From: a virus | DNA length: 64,000 nucleotides | Strand: one strand, 5' to 3' | Virus record (IMG/VR): IMGVR_UViG_3300027644_000003 | Span: 1-64,000 of that record | In this document: positions 16,277 to 25,565 of the stretch, piece after piece | How positions within the stretch are numbered: position 1 is the first letter of the stretch | Layout of the letters: each line of letters opens with the position of its first letter | Position numbers and translations under genes: made by a program | The notes under the pieces: model-generated | Databases searched by the model: none | What the model was told of the DNA's origin: nothing | Seen by the model: only the letters and a program-made list of their open reading frames with translations

Positions 16277-17068
16277 CTACTCTACTAGGTGTTTCTTAAT
16301 TTCAGATATAAATTGTTCTTTAATTTTAGCTTTTTTTGCCATAGCGTATCTTTGAGTTAAAGGTTTAAAAGTTCCGTATCTTCTACCAGCTTCGCTACAC
16401 TCTTGTTGTAACTTAGCAATTGTAGCCGTGTGCATAAACCGTTTAAAAATAATAGGCCTATCTGTGTTAAAGTGTATATAACACAAATCGTCTCCTTCAA
16501 AAAAAGTCATTTTATCTGTAGACATAGGGATGTGGTAGTCCAATACAAAAGGCCTAAACCACTGGCCTATATCGAACTCTCCTATAGAAAGCATTGCCCC
16601 GTTAGCGGGGGATGTCTGGGGATAGTAAGGAGGTGTAATTTTAGCTACAACTGAGTCCTCTGCTATAAAAAGCCAAGACATGTTGTATAAAACGTTAGCG
16701 TGATCTTTTACAGAAGGTTTACGAAGTACGTTTAAAAAAACCCTGGATTCTAAATTTTTTCCAAAAGGAATTAAATTAGTAGAAAAATTAGGGTTAGAAG
16801 CTATCGTATCGTTGGCGTCTTTTAAAAATCCTTCAGGAAAAGATACAACATTTTCTATAACATTTTTTATTACAAAAACATTGTTAGTGCTAGCTTTAAA
16901 AGCAGGGCATGCGTAAATATTATCTGTACCTACATTAGTAGCCCTCATTTTAGTTATTTCCGAGAATAAACTCGTAGGTTCAGTATAAAGAAAAGACCAA
17001 GATTCTTGGTCGCTTTCGTAAGTAGCGGGGGCCCAATAAACAATTAAAGGCTCTCTAGTATCTTTCAT
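16277..17068 (-). CDS. Hypothetical protein (DUF6065-like), AT-rich, paralogue of 12940..13689
   Basis: IVYWAPA, ACPA, FDIGQWFRPF, DDLCYIHFNTDR. Confidence 0.7.
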   Translation of the reverse strand: MKDTREPLIVYWAPATYESDQESWSFLYTEPTSLFSEITKMRATNVGTDNIYACPAFKASTNNVFVIKNVIENVVSFPEGFLKDANDTIASNPNFSTNLIPFGKNLESRVFLNVLRKPSVKDHANVLYNMSWLFIAEDSVVAKITPPYYPQTSPANGAMLSIGEFDIGQWFRPFVLDYHIPMSTDKMTFFEGDDLCYIHFNTDRPIIFKRFMHTATIAKLQQECSEAGRRYGTFKPLTQRYAMAKKAKIKEQFISEIKKHLVE

Positions 17069-17080
17069 GTTTACCCAACC

Positions 17081-17698
17081 CTATTCTGGAAACACATTGC
17101 GCATCCTAGTAGTAATCAATACCTCTAGATCATCTAGAGTACCGTTGTTTACAAAAATTTGATGGACTTTGTATCCGTCTAGTTCAGACTCAGAAACATG
17201 GTCATTAACTGCATCAAATCCTAATCGTTTTATACGCCAAAGTTGACCACCCATATTTTTAACAGCTTCGGCTTCATTTGCAAACCTAACGTCTGTTATA
17301 ACAACACGGTCTCCTGAGGCCACCGTACTCAATACGGGAGTAAGCCAAACGTTTGGATAAAGTAATTTTCTACCGGAAACCCCTAGGTCTTGCAACAACC
17401 TACGAACTTGAGGCTCTTGCTTTGCTTTATCCCAACCAACTAAATTTACTAAATCTTGTAAGTAACCTGTAGGACTACAAGCAACCATAGGATTAACCTC
17501 ATACAAAAACTCTTTAATTTTATCTGCAAATGCAACTCGTCGATAACCATATTTTTCTACTAAAATAGAAGCGACGCTATCTTTTCCAGACTGTGCGTAA
17601 CCCGTAAGACCAATTACGCTGTGCCCTGGCCATCCCGTAGGTCCTTTAGGTAAACTTAGCTCTTCATCAGTAAATAAAGAAAGTTGTTCGTAGGTCAT
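17081..17698 (-). CDS. Deoxynucleoside monophosphate kinase
   Basis: IGLTGYAQSGKD P-loop, FADKIK, RRLLQDLG, ITDVRFANE, HVSE. Confidence 0.9.
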   Translation of the reverse strand: MTYEQLSLFTDEELSLPKGPTGWPGHSVIGLTGYAQSGKDSVASILVEKYGYRRVAFADKIKEFLYEVNPMVACSPTGYLQDLVNLVGWDKAKQEPQVRRLLQDLGVSGRKLLYPNVWLTPVLSTVASGDRVVITDVRFANEAEAVKNMGGQLWRIKRLGFDAVNDHVSESELDGYKVHQIFVNNGTLDDLEVLITTRMRNVFPE

Positions 17699-18192
17699 GG
17701 TGTCATCCAAGTGCTTCTACCAACAGCCTTGTTAATGTTTACTCGTCTAGTGATCTCTCGGTTAATAAGAGAAATGTCTTTAGACAAACGATCAGAAATG
17801 ATGTGAATTAACCCGTGATAGTTAGAAAGTTCTTGAAGAGCGGTCAACTTCTCTTGATAGTCTGGGTCAACTTCTACTTCAGCATCAATCATAGAAACTG
17901 CTATGCCGGAACCTTTCAAAGATAACTTTTTCTTAGCTTTGATTAAAGCTAGGTTCTTATCTGCTTCTGCTTTGTCTACCTCAGCACACCAAAGCTGCAG
18001 ACTTATAAACTCTAGGTAAGCAACGTACTTAGCGTATAGATCCATAACTTCTTCTTCCATCATCCCGGTAATATCTGCAGGAAGAGATGGAGCGTTATAA
18101 ACGTACTCCTCGTTTACTACTAATCCTTGAGACTTTAATGCAGCAATAGTTTTACTGCTAGCTACAGCAGCCCTTAACTCAATTGGACTCAT
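17695..18192 (-). CDS. Helical hypothetical protein, possibly a UvsY-like recombination mediator
   Basis: Coiled-coil character, DAEVEVDPDY motif, close to recA. The function is weakly supported. Confidence 0.5.
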   Translation of the reverse strand: MSPIELRAAVASSKTIAALKSQGLVVNEEYVYNAPSLPADITGMMEEEVMDLYAKYVAYLEFISLQLWCAEVDKAEADKNLALIKAKKKLSLKGSGIAVSMIDAEVEVDPDYQEKLTALQELSNYHGLIHIISDRLSKDISLINREITRRVNINKAVGRSTWMTP

Positions 18193-18346
18193 CTAGGTTC
18201 TCCTTTGCCCAGTCATTCCACTCTTCGTTTAATTCAGCAATATCTATAGTTTCATCAAAACCATTTTCGTACAAATGCTCAATAAAGTCATCATCTGCAA
18301 CTACTACTGGTAATCCTTTGTAAGAATAGTTACTCTTATCAATCAT
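18179..18346 (-). CDS. 55-aa acidic protein
   Basis: Absent from the track: MIDKSNYSYKGLPVVVADDDFIEHLYENGFDETIDIAELNEEWNDWAKENLDESN. ATGA overlap upstream. Confidence 0.7.
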   Translation of the reverse strand: MIDKSNYSYKGLPVVVADDDFIEHLYENGFDETIDIAELNEEWNDWAKENLDESN

Positions 18347-18513
18347 TGACCGCCCCACCCTCCACCTTTAAGTTGAATACCAAATGTTGAATATTGACGA
18401 AACGCCTCTCCACCACACTTACATACTATTGCTGGAGCAGGACCATCTTGAATAGGAAAGAAACTTTCAGTTACTTCTTGACACTTTGAACACTTGTAGT
18501 TGTAATCAGGCAT
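18343..18513 (-). CDS. FmdB-family Zn-ribbon protein
   Basis: MPDYNYKCSKC...CKCGG...LKGGGW. Confidence 0.85.
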   Translation of the reverse strand: MPDYNYKCSKCQEVTESFFPIQDGPAPAIVCKCGGEAFRQYSTFGIQLKGGGWGGQ

Positions 18514-19396
18514 TTTCCCCCCTGTATGGCTCACACCGCTTGCAACCCTTTACGGAGTCAATATTACACATAGGTGGGCGGTTGTTGTCAACTGCCCAAG
18601 CAATGTCCAGGGCCTGATCAAACAGCTCCTTGGTAAACTCTGGGTTGTACTTGACTACGAACTCTTTATAATCTTGGTTTGCTTTAAGCTCATAGATAAA
18701 AACAATCTCATCCGGAGCAGAGGGAAGATCACCACTCTCAACCATAAGATGAGTTAGGTGAAGGTAAACCTGTCCCTGAAGTTGATGCGTACGGAAAGGT
18801 GCTCGGATATTACGCCAAGCTTTCTCTAAGTCTCCATCAGACTGTGCAAGTAAAGCCGGAGCCTCAAAGCGCAGAGTTCCAGCGCCAATAGACTTAATCT
18901 CAATAAGGCAATCTTCACCTAAACCTTTTACCCAACCGTCAGAATGCCCACCAATTTTGTGCTTATTGCTCCACAAAGGAACCTCATCATAGGTAAACAC
19001 TCCGCACTCTGGATCTTCAAAGTTTAGATCAGAAGCTAATTCCCAATCAGATGGACCGCACTCACTGCACTCCCACTTACCGTAAAGAACGCCCATCTCT
19101 GTAAGCCACTTCTGCCACTTAGCGTGGATAGTGTGGCCCTCATCAAAAATAGATTGCAAACGAAGAGTAGGCTTTTCTCTAACTTCTTTGTAGTTGCCAA
19201 GAATAGCGTGGTACTGGGCAAGGTGGCACCACTCAGGCTTAATCATGTCGGATGGGTGAATAATATCCATGCGACGATTATCAAAAGGCTTAGACAATAG
19301 ATGGCGCTCAATTGAGCTCATCAAACGAGTCTCTCGTTTATTTGCGTCTAAGTATGCTTTTAAAGAAACCGTCTTAGGTTTGCCCGTATTTGCCAT
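18506..19396 (-). CDS. Cas4-like PD-(D/E)xK exonuclease
   Basis: HPS...WC, GHTIH, GHSDG, EIKS, QGQVY, C-terminal C...CKRC. Confidence 0.8.
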   Translation of the reverse strand: MANTGKPKTVSLKAYLDANKRETRLMSSIERHLLSKPFDNRRMDIIHPSDMIKPEWCHLAQYHAILGNYKEVREKPTLRLQSIFDEGHTIHAKWQKWLTEMGVLYGKWECSECGPSDWELASDLNFEDPECGVFTYDEVPLWSNKHKIGGHSDGWVKGLGEDCLIEIKSIGAGTLRFEAPALLAQSDGDLEKAWRNIRAPFRTHQLQGQVYLHLTHLMVESGDLPSAPDEIVFIYELKANQDYKEFVVKYNPEFTKELFDQALDIAWAVDNNRPPMCNIDSVKGCKRCEPYRGENA

Positions 19397-19703
19397 CCTG
19401 GTCTATCCAATCGTCTAGTGTTAAACCTTGTTTTTCATACTTACGCTTTGCTGCATTTCTTTCTCTGTGAGACATTCCCCCAAAGATTCCGTGCAACTCG
19501 TCGTTTATGATAGCTTCTTTAAGACATTCTTTGCGAACTGGACAAGCTGGTCGCCCGTCCTTTCCCCAACAAATTGCCTTAGCTTGAGTAGCTATCGGTT
19601 TGTATAAAGCCTTGTCTCGTGGAGGAAAAAAGATTTCTGTATCTTCTCCTCGGCACTTAGCCGAGTATCTCCAAGCCCAAGTAGGCTCGTCATCATGTTC
19701 CAT
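19374..19703 (-). CDS. whiB: WhiB-family transcription factor
   Basis: AKC...FFP...AKAIC...CPVRKECL...GIFGGMSHRER. Confidence 0.92.
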   Translation of the reverse strand: MEHDDEPTWAWRYSAKCRGEDTEIFFPPRDKALYKPIATQAKAICWGKDGRPACPVRKECLKEAIINDELHGIFGGMSHRERNAAKRKYEKQGLTLDDWIDQDGKYGQT

Positions 19704-20021
19704 TTAGTCACTCCTAAGTGCGTTACGAAGTTCAAAGAAATCCTCCTCTCCCAAAACTACGTAGTTCTCACCATCAAGATGAAGACCTAACACCGGTATA
19801 CGACTATCAAGGATAGCTTCGGTAGTAATCTTCTTAAGAACTTCTGATTTAATGGTTACTGATTTCTTTCCAGTCCATTTGTGCTCAATCAAAAGATCAT
19901 CACTCCGTACATCCCCTTTACGTGACCAGAACGCACCCGATGCAGCTGAGCGCTTACCGTCCACCAATTTCTCTAAACGCTTCTCATGCTTTAGAGATTG
20001 CTTCTGTCCCTCACTCTTCAT
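19704..20021 (-). CDS. Small PD-(D/E)xK endonuclease (resolvase-like)
   Basis: HEKRL...ASGA...KGDV...LIEHK. Confidence 0.7.
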   Translation of the reverse strand: MKSEGQKQSLKHEKRLEKLVDGKRSAASGAFWSRKGDVRSDDLLIEHKWTGKKSVTIKSEVLKKITTEAILDSRIPVLGLHLDGENYVVLGEEDFFELRNALRSD

Positions 20022-21060
20022 CGAGAGCCAAAATCGGTTGAGCTTTGATAGTGCTCATTACCGCCTTACTTAACTCTTCTCGCAACTCAATCTCTTCTCT
20101 AAGAGAATCAATAAGAGCCTGAGCTCCTTGCCACTTACGATCACCGTAGTACATCCAACCACCACGTCGTTCTACAATCCCGTTAAGGATAGACAAAGCA
20201 ACAATTTCTTTACCGGTGTCATAGCCACCAGCATCGATTGCACCACCGTCTGCAAAGTAGAAATCTAAGTACGCAGTTTGCTGAGGTGGAAAAGTCTTGT
20301 TCTTAATTGTGCGAACACGAATAGTCTGTCCTACTCGACGCTTGCTTTCACCAGTACCTACCTCTACCCATTCATCCCGTTTTACTTCACACCGCACGCT
20401 GTATGCATAGTCCTTACCTAAACCACCAGGAGTGGTTCTAGGATCTCCGTGCATAACGCCAATCTTCATACGGTACTGATTAATCATAATTCCTAGTACT
20501 GGTCGTTCTGATTCGATAAGGTCTCGTTTGGTAGCTGACGCCACTTTTCTAAAGAACTTATTGGTAATAAGTGCGCCACGACCCACAGTAAATTCTTCCA
20601 TGTGTTTTTGATCTTCTGCGCTAGGAACAAGGGCAGGAAGAGAATCGACAACGACCATGTCCACAGCCTTGCTTTCCATAAATTGAATAACCGAGTCAAA
20701 AGCATCCTCCATACTATTAGTTTCTACAAGTAATACACGACTGTTATCTACTCCGCAAAGTTCTGCGTACTTAGAATCAAAGTCTTCTGCAGCAATCCAT
20801 ACCGCAGTAAAATCTGGATTAAGTTGTTGATTAGCAGCAATTGTTCTTAAAGCAATTGCAGTCTTTCCGTGGGAAGCTTCTCCAACTAACTCAACCCAAC
20901 GATTCATAGGCCACCCACCACCTAGTACAACATCTAGTGTAAGAGAACCAGAGGTAATGCGTTGAGAAAGACGTGCTTCGCCAGCTAAAATAACTGTGTT
21001 TGCACCTAGCTTCTTATTAATACCGGCTGCAATTTTTAAAGCTTCTGCACTTAGTGACAT
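20011..21060 (-). CDS. recA: RecA-like recombinase
   Basis: SGSLTLDVVLGGG, GEASHGKT, VVDS, INQYRMKIGVMHGDP.TTPGG, KNKT.PP. Confidence 0.95.
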   Translation of the reverse strand: MSLSAEALKIAAGINKKLGANTVILAGEARLSQRITSGSLTLDVVLGGGWPMNRWVELVGEASHGKTAIALRTIAANQQLNPDFTAVWIAAEDFDSKYAELCGVDNSRVLLVETNSMEDAFDSVIQFMESKAVDMVVVDSLPALVPSAEDQKHMEEFTVGRGALITNKFFRKVASATKRDLIESERPVLGIMINQYRMKIGVMHGDPRTTPGGLGKDYAYSVRCEVKRDEWVEVGTGESKRRVGQTIRVRTIKNKTFPPQQTAYLDFYFADGGAIDAGGYDTGKEIVALSILNGIVERRGGWMYYGDRKWQGAQALIDSLREEIELREELSKAVMSTIKAQPILALDEE

Positions 21061-21443
21061 TATCCAAGCCTATCTACGATTACGGTTGGGTTAAATCCTC
21101 CGTCTTGTGACGGTTGTTTAGCTGCAATTGGTGTGCCACCTTGTCCGGTGCCACCTACGCCTGTCCCAGCTTGAACAATTGGATACCCGCAATCATAGCA
21201 ACGTTTACGTTGAGTGCCAACGGGGGCCATGTAATTGCCAGACATACATCCTGGACAACGCTCTTGGTCTCTAGCACTTTGAGCACGGGTAACTAATTGA
21301 TCTTGGTTAGGGTCGTACGAAACTTGAACGTTAGGAGTTTGCTGAGGAGCGCGGTACACATTACCGGGCGGTAGTTGCGTAGGTGGCGTAGCCGATGCAG
21401 GCGCCGCAGTACCTAATTTATTTGCCCACCAATTATTACTCAT
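21060..21443 (-). CDS. Hypothetical Zn-ribbon protein
   Basis: CPGC...CYDCG. Confidence 0.75.
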   Translation of the reverse strand: MSNNWWANKLGTAAPASATPPTQLPPGNVYRAPQQTPNVQVSYDPNQDQLVTRAQSARDQERCPGCMSGNYMAPVGTQRKRCYDCGYPIVQAGTGVGGTGQGGTPIAAKQPSQDGGFNPTVIVDRLG

Positions 21444-21855
21444 TGTTCATACCTACTTTCGACTCGATTAGCCCAATATTTTTTAAAGTTGAAACACAAG
21501 AAACAGAAGAAGCTAAGGCAACCATCTTAAATAGATCGCTTAGAACATTTAGTCCGTCTACAGGTAATTCTTCAGGAAGTTCATTGTCTAAAGTATATGC
21601 AGCAGTTGCAATCTTAGCCAAGATCTCAGCGTGAGCATCAATAAAAGGCAACAAGCCAGCAATGTTGCTTAGTCTAAGTTCGTGAGCATCCTCTTCCATA
21701 TCAGCTACTTCGTCTGAGATTGGAGGTAAGCCCATCATCTCTGCAATACCTTCTGTTGGAGTAAGCATTGTGTCGTAAACAATTTGACGCATAAGAACAC
21801 TAAGAGGAACTTGAGTAACACTAACAACTTTCTTCTTACGTTTCCAAAACCTCAT
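21436..21855 (-). CDS. Hypothetical protein
   Basis: Coupled to polA by an ATGA overlap. Confidence 0.75.
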   Translation of the reverse strand: MRFWKRKKKVVSVTQVPLSVLMRQIVYDTMLTPTEGIAEMMGLPPISDEVADMEEDAHELRLSNIAGLLPFIDAHAEILAKIATAAYTLDNELPEELPVDGLNVLSDLFKMVALASSVSCVSTLKNIGLIESKVGMNNE

Positions 21856-23828
21856 TTAGCCTCTCCCCATCGTTTAACAATCGTAATGTCAGCCAACATA
21901 GGTACGTTTAGTGCCTTGATGTCTTCCATAGCTAAACGAATTTGTTCAGCAGTTTCTTCAGCAAGCTCAGTAGGCGTAACCGTAACTAATTCATCGTGAA
22001 CCGTTAAGATTAAAGAAGCCTCGTCTGGGATCATCTTGTTAGCCCTAATCATAGCAAGCTTAATAAGGTCTGCTGCCGACCCCTGAATAACCGTATTAAA
22101 GGCCTGTCGCTCTGCTCTAGAACGTTTCCAGACCTCATTAGACCTTAGGTCGGGTAGGTAGCGACGCCTCTTTAGAAGGGTGCTAGCAAAGGGAATAGGC
22201 GCCTGCCTACGGCTTTCTCCAATCACCTGCTTCTTATACCTAGCAACTGATGGAAACTTACGGATAAACTCGTCAAGCAACTCCCTAGCCTCAGCCAAAG
22301 AACAACCAATTGATTCAGAGATCTTGTCTGGACCTACACCGTATGCAAGGGAAAGCACTAGTACCTTTCCGGCCTTACGATCTACGCCCATAGTATTACC
22401 AATAGTTGTGTAGATATCCTCACCGTTTAAGTAAGCACCGCACATAATTCTATCTTGGCTAAACGAAGCAATAACTCTAGGCTCAATCTGGCTGTAGTCA
22501 GCAACTACTAGCGAGTGACCTTCTGGAGCTACAAAAAGATTACGAATAGCTTTTCCATTAGTTGTGTGTGGAGCTGGAACATTCTGCAAATTAGGGTTAC
22601 GACTAGAGAATCTCCCGGTCTCTGCTCCGTACTGAACAAAGTCAGTATGAATGCGTCCCTTAAACATAATGCTCTTCTTTGCCGTTACCTTTGATTTACC
22701 AAGAAGAGTTCTGGTTATATCCCCGCCTAAATAAGGAATTACATAGGTAGTTAAAAGTTTATTAAGGTCAGAGTATTCAATAAGGGCATCTACCAACATA
22801 TCTTTTCCTGCGTAAGCCTGTAAAGCTGGCTCTGCTACTGAGTAATCAGATACAGAGGGTGCCTGTCCTTCGTCGGCACGCTTTTGTCCAGCGGGAGTAA
22901 GAACCTTAGGGCGTAAGCCACGACCTCCATCTTTCTTTGGAGAGTAAAGCAATCTTTGCTTCTCTGGAACAGAGTTAATGTTAAACGCTTTACCAGAAAG
23001 ACGATAGATAGTTGCCTTGCAAGTCTCTAATTGTACGTCGAGGTTAGCTTTAAGCTTCTCTAACTCTTTAACATCAATGTCTGCGCCACGAAGCTCCATA
23101 CGACAGATAACCTCTAGCACATCCATCTCAAGATTAAAGATCCCCCGAAGACCGTCAGTGTCTAGGTTTGTGGAATAGCGTTGGTACAACTTCCAAGTCC
23201 ACTCAGCATCTAAAGCAGCGTAAGTAGCAACCTCATCAAAGCTGTGTGTCTCTACTGCCTTACCTACGCCCTTAACCATCTCGTACCCAAACTCGCGCTT
23301 TAGACAATCATCAAGACCTAGATCATTGCGGTTCTGATTGTTTAATATAAACGCGGCATTTAGAGTGCAGAAATATTTTGGTAGGGGTAGTTTCCCAATG
23401 TATTTAGTAACGCTTTGTAAATCAAATTTAAGGTTGTGACCAATCTTTACTTGATCACTATGGAGTAAAGTCTTTAAAGATTTAAATACTTCTCCCGCAG
23501 TTAGTTGCTCTGGAGCTGGTCCAAAAACACGTGTAGCTTTACGTTCATCTTTACTGTAGTCAGAGTCGCGTAACTCCATGCCTTTAGAGACGCGGACAAC
23601 TGAAGAAGGAAGCAAAGGATAATCAGTTCTAATGTACTCGCCGTTAGGGTGATCCATAGGTATTACATCTACTCGACCATGAGTTGCTAAAGCAATCCAA
23701 GTAACAGTGTTTTGACGTGGATCTCCGCGATGGTTTCCAACGGTTTCTACGTCAAAGCAAAACGCATCTACTTTGCTGTAGGCGTCAACAAGTTCATCAA
23801 GTTGTTTTTGGGTAGTAACAATATTCAT
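21852..23828 (-). CDS. polA: Family A DNA polymerase with 3'-5' exonuclease and no 5'-3' exonuclease
   Basis: DVET, HNLKFD, YAALD exonuclease motifs; TGRFSSRNPNLQN, DYSQIEPR, KVLVLSLAYG, NTVIQGSAAD, VHDE. ATG 23828 follows AAGGAG. Confidence 0.96.
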   Translation of the reverse strand: MNIVTTQKQLDELVDAYSKVDAFCFDVETVGNHRGDPRQNTVTWIALATHGRVDVIPMDHPNGEYIRTDYPLLPSSVVRVSKGMELRDSDYSKDERKATRVFGPAPEQLTAGEVFKSLKTLLHSDQVKIGHNLKFDLQSVTKYIGKLPLPKYFCTLNAAFILNNQNRNDLGLDDCLKREFGYEMVKGVGKAVETHSFDEVATYAALDAEWTWKLYQRYSTNLDTDGLRGIFNLEMDVLEVICRMELRGADIDVKELEKLKANLDVQLETCKATIYRLSGKAFNINSVPEKQRLLYSPKKDGGRGLRPKVLTPAGQKRADEGQAPSVSDYSVAEPALQAYAGKDMLVDALIEYSDLNKLLTTYVIPYLGGDITRTLLGKSKVTAKKSIMFKGRIHTDFVQYGAETGRFSSRNPNLQNVPAPHTTNGKAIRNLFVAPEGHSLVVADYSQIEPRVIASFSQDRIMCGAYLNGEDIYTTIGNTMGVDRKAGKVLVLSLAYGVGPDKISESIGCSLAEARELLDEFIRKFPSVARYKKQVIGESRRQAPIPFASTLLKRRRYLPDLRSNEVWKRSRAERQAFNTVIQGSAADLIKLAMIRANKMIPDEASLILTVHDELVTVTPTELAEETAEQIRLAMEDIKALNVPMLADITIVKRWGEAK

Positions 23829-23832
23829 AGCG

Positions 23833-23894
23833 CTCCTTGATTGAGTGGGCTGGGGGCTCATTAGAGAAAGGAGACAAGAGACTGAGCCCCCAGC
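23833..23894 (-). promoter_or_regulatory. Stem-loop with an anti-SD sequence in the loop, upstream of polA (candidate pseudoknot)
   Basis: 12-bp perfect stem (23849-23860 with 23883-23894). The loop carries CUCCUU, complementary to the polA SD AAGGAG. Confidence 0.6.
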
Positions 23895-23908
23895 ACGATT
23901 ATTTGAGG

Positions 23909-24610
23909 TTAGTTACCTGATGCAATTTCACGAGCAATTTCAGCAAGTTCAGCTTTGGTAGATGTGTGTAACGCATCTGGTCCAAGTGGCTTCATTGTTT
24001 TGATTAGCTCTGAGGCTGCAACAGGGTCAATACCCCAATCCTCAGCAAGGTCACGCTCTTTTACTGGTGTAACTGAGTATGATGTTTTTGTACCGGTGCC
24101 AGACTTACTGACTGCCCAGTAGATGTCGGGACGATTAAGTGGGCCAGTTTTCTTGTCAGAATCAAGCTTCTCAAGTTGTCCGCATAGACGAACTCCAACA
24201 ACCATTAATTGAAGTTGTGGATCTTCGTCAGAAAGGTTAAGGACAGTAAACGCAAACTTTTGATCTGGCTTACTACCTACAGCAACTAGCGGGTCACCCT
24301 CGCCAATGCTAATAAATGATTTCTTACCAGGACGGTTTACCCAGTGCTGCATAAAGGACATTGGCTCATTACCAATGAACTTAATTAGTTGGACATCTTC
24401 GTCAAATCGGAAATCAGTTGCGAAGGTTTTGTTGGACTTTGCTACAGCTTTCTTTGCTGCTGCCCAACCTGTTTGAATTACTGAAGAACGCTCAGGAACT
24501 TCTGTTTCGTCCTCAGTCTGGAAGATCTCTTCGAGAACTTCAGTTGTTGGTGTATCGACTACATAAGAGTCGACGTTAGGTGTTTCGGTTGTTTCAATAC
24601 GGATACCCAT
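23909..24610 (-). CDS. Single-stranded DNA-binding protein (gp32-like)
   Basis: Next to polA; FMQHWV, FAFTVLNL, WAVSKSGTGTKTSYSVTP resemble large-phage SSBs. Confidence 0.65.
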   Translation of the reverse strand: MGIRIETTETPNVDSYVVDTPTTEVLEEIFQTEDETEVPERSSVIQTGWAAAKKAVAKSNKTFATDFRFDEDVQLIKFIGNEPMSFMQHWVNRPGKKSFISIGEGDPLVAVGSKPDQKFAFTVLNLSDEDPQLQLMVVGVRLCGQLEKLDSDKKTGPLNRPDIYWAVSKSGTGTKTSYSVTPVKERDLAEDWGIDPVAASELIKTMKPLGPDALHTSTKAELAEIAREIASGN

Positions 24611-24655
24611 TTGGGTATCTCCTTTCGGTCAATGGATCATTGGTTGATGGTCATA

Positions 24656-25123
24656 TTAAGTTGTTTCTTGCGTGTGAATCTTAGTCCATTTCTCCATCAA
24701 TTCAATTGATAGATCATGATGTCGATTCCAATCAACCCGAGGTGCTTCAAGAAGTCCTCTAGATTGAAAGCTTTCGATAGTTGCTTCGACAATTGCTTTG
24801 CTGTACATCCGCCATCCGGGCTTCTTTACACCTTTAACAATCATTGACTTCAAGCGATAGGGTGCACGCGGTATATAACCTTTTCGTTCCCAAAGCCTCA
24901 AAGTAACTAACGGTCTGCCTAATGCAATAGCCATAGCTCCTGCACTAAACAATTCTATCACCTTACCGTTTGGTAATGCTTTGACTTGAGGGTCAACATT
25001 CCAAGCGTTTGGTGTAGAAACTTTACGGGGTTTTACATTTGGATCTGGTTTACGACGTTTGCGTTTTGAACCAGGATAGTAATCATCCAGGCTCTTAAAC
25101 AGTTTGTCAACTTCGTCGTTCAT
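24656..25123 (-). CDS. MerR-like HTH DNA-binding protein
   Basis: AMAIALGRPLVTLRLWERKGYIP...WRMYS. Confidence 0.75.
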   Translation of the reverse strand: MNDEVDKLFKSLDDYYPGSKRKRRKPDPNVKPRKVSTPNAWNVDPQVKALPNGKVIELFSAGAMAIALGRPLVTLRLWERKGYIPRAPYRLKSMIVKGVKKPGWRMYSKAIVEATIESFQSRGLLEAPRVDWNRHHDLSIELMEKWTKIHTQETT

Positions 25124-25130
25124 ATCTACC

Positions 25131-25565
25131 CTAAGATTTAGAAGGAATAAAAGCCCAGACAATTTTCTTAGGGAACATTGAATCAATGTCCTCTTCAGTT
25201 AATAGCCCCTCATAAAGACAGGCCATAACTTGATCTTCGTTTAATACTGGTTCCCAAGTATAGCAACGCTCTGCTAAACCTTTTGCGCCAAGGATACGAG
25301 TAGCCTCAGCTGGGGCTAAAGATTGGGATACTTTACGTTGACGCTGTAAAGAACGATAACCGTCTACTTCTTGCTCTAATGGATACCAGAGGTTTCCTTT
25401 ATCGTCCGCTTCTCCTTCTTCATCTACGAGATTAGAAAGAAAAGTTTTAAGTAGGGTTTGTTCTTTAGTAAGATCGTCAACTTGACGCTTAATAGTAATA
25501 AATTGTTGTACTTTGCTTAGTACAGAACTTACCGGTGGTTTATCCGGTGGAATAACGTTTGGCAT
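25131..25565 (-). CDS. Hypothetical protein
   Basis: AAAGGAGG RBS and its own promoter. Confidence 0.8.
   Translation of the reverse strand: MPNVIPPDKPPVSSVLSKVQQFITIKRQVDDLTKEQTLLKTFLSNLVDEEGEADDKGNLWYPLEQEVDGYRSLQRQRKVSQSLAPAEATRILGAKGLAERCYTWEPVLNEDQVMACLYEGLLTEEDIDSMFPKKIVWAFIPSKS

Noticed and set aside
18506-19396. Cas4 as evidence of a CRISPR-Cas system
   Set aside because: A stand-alone Cas4-like nuclease beside recA is a common phage recombination gene; no array or other cas genes were seen.
23849-23894. Intrinsic terminator or tRNA
   Set aside because: The loop is 22 nt, there is no U-tract on the coding strand, and there is no cloverleaf. It is reported as a regulatory hairpin instead.
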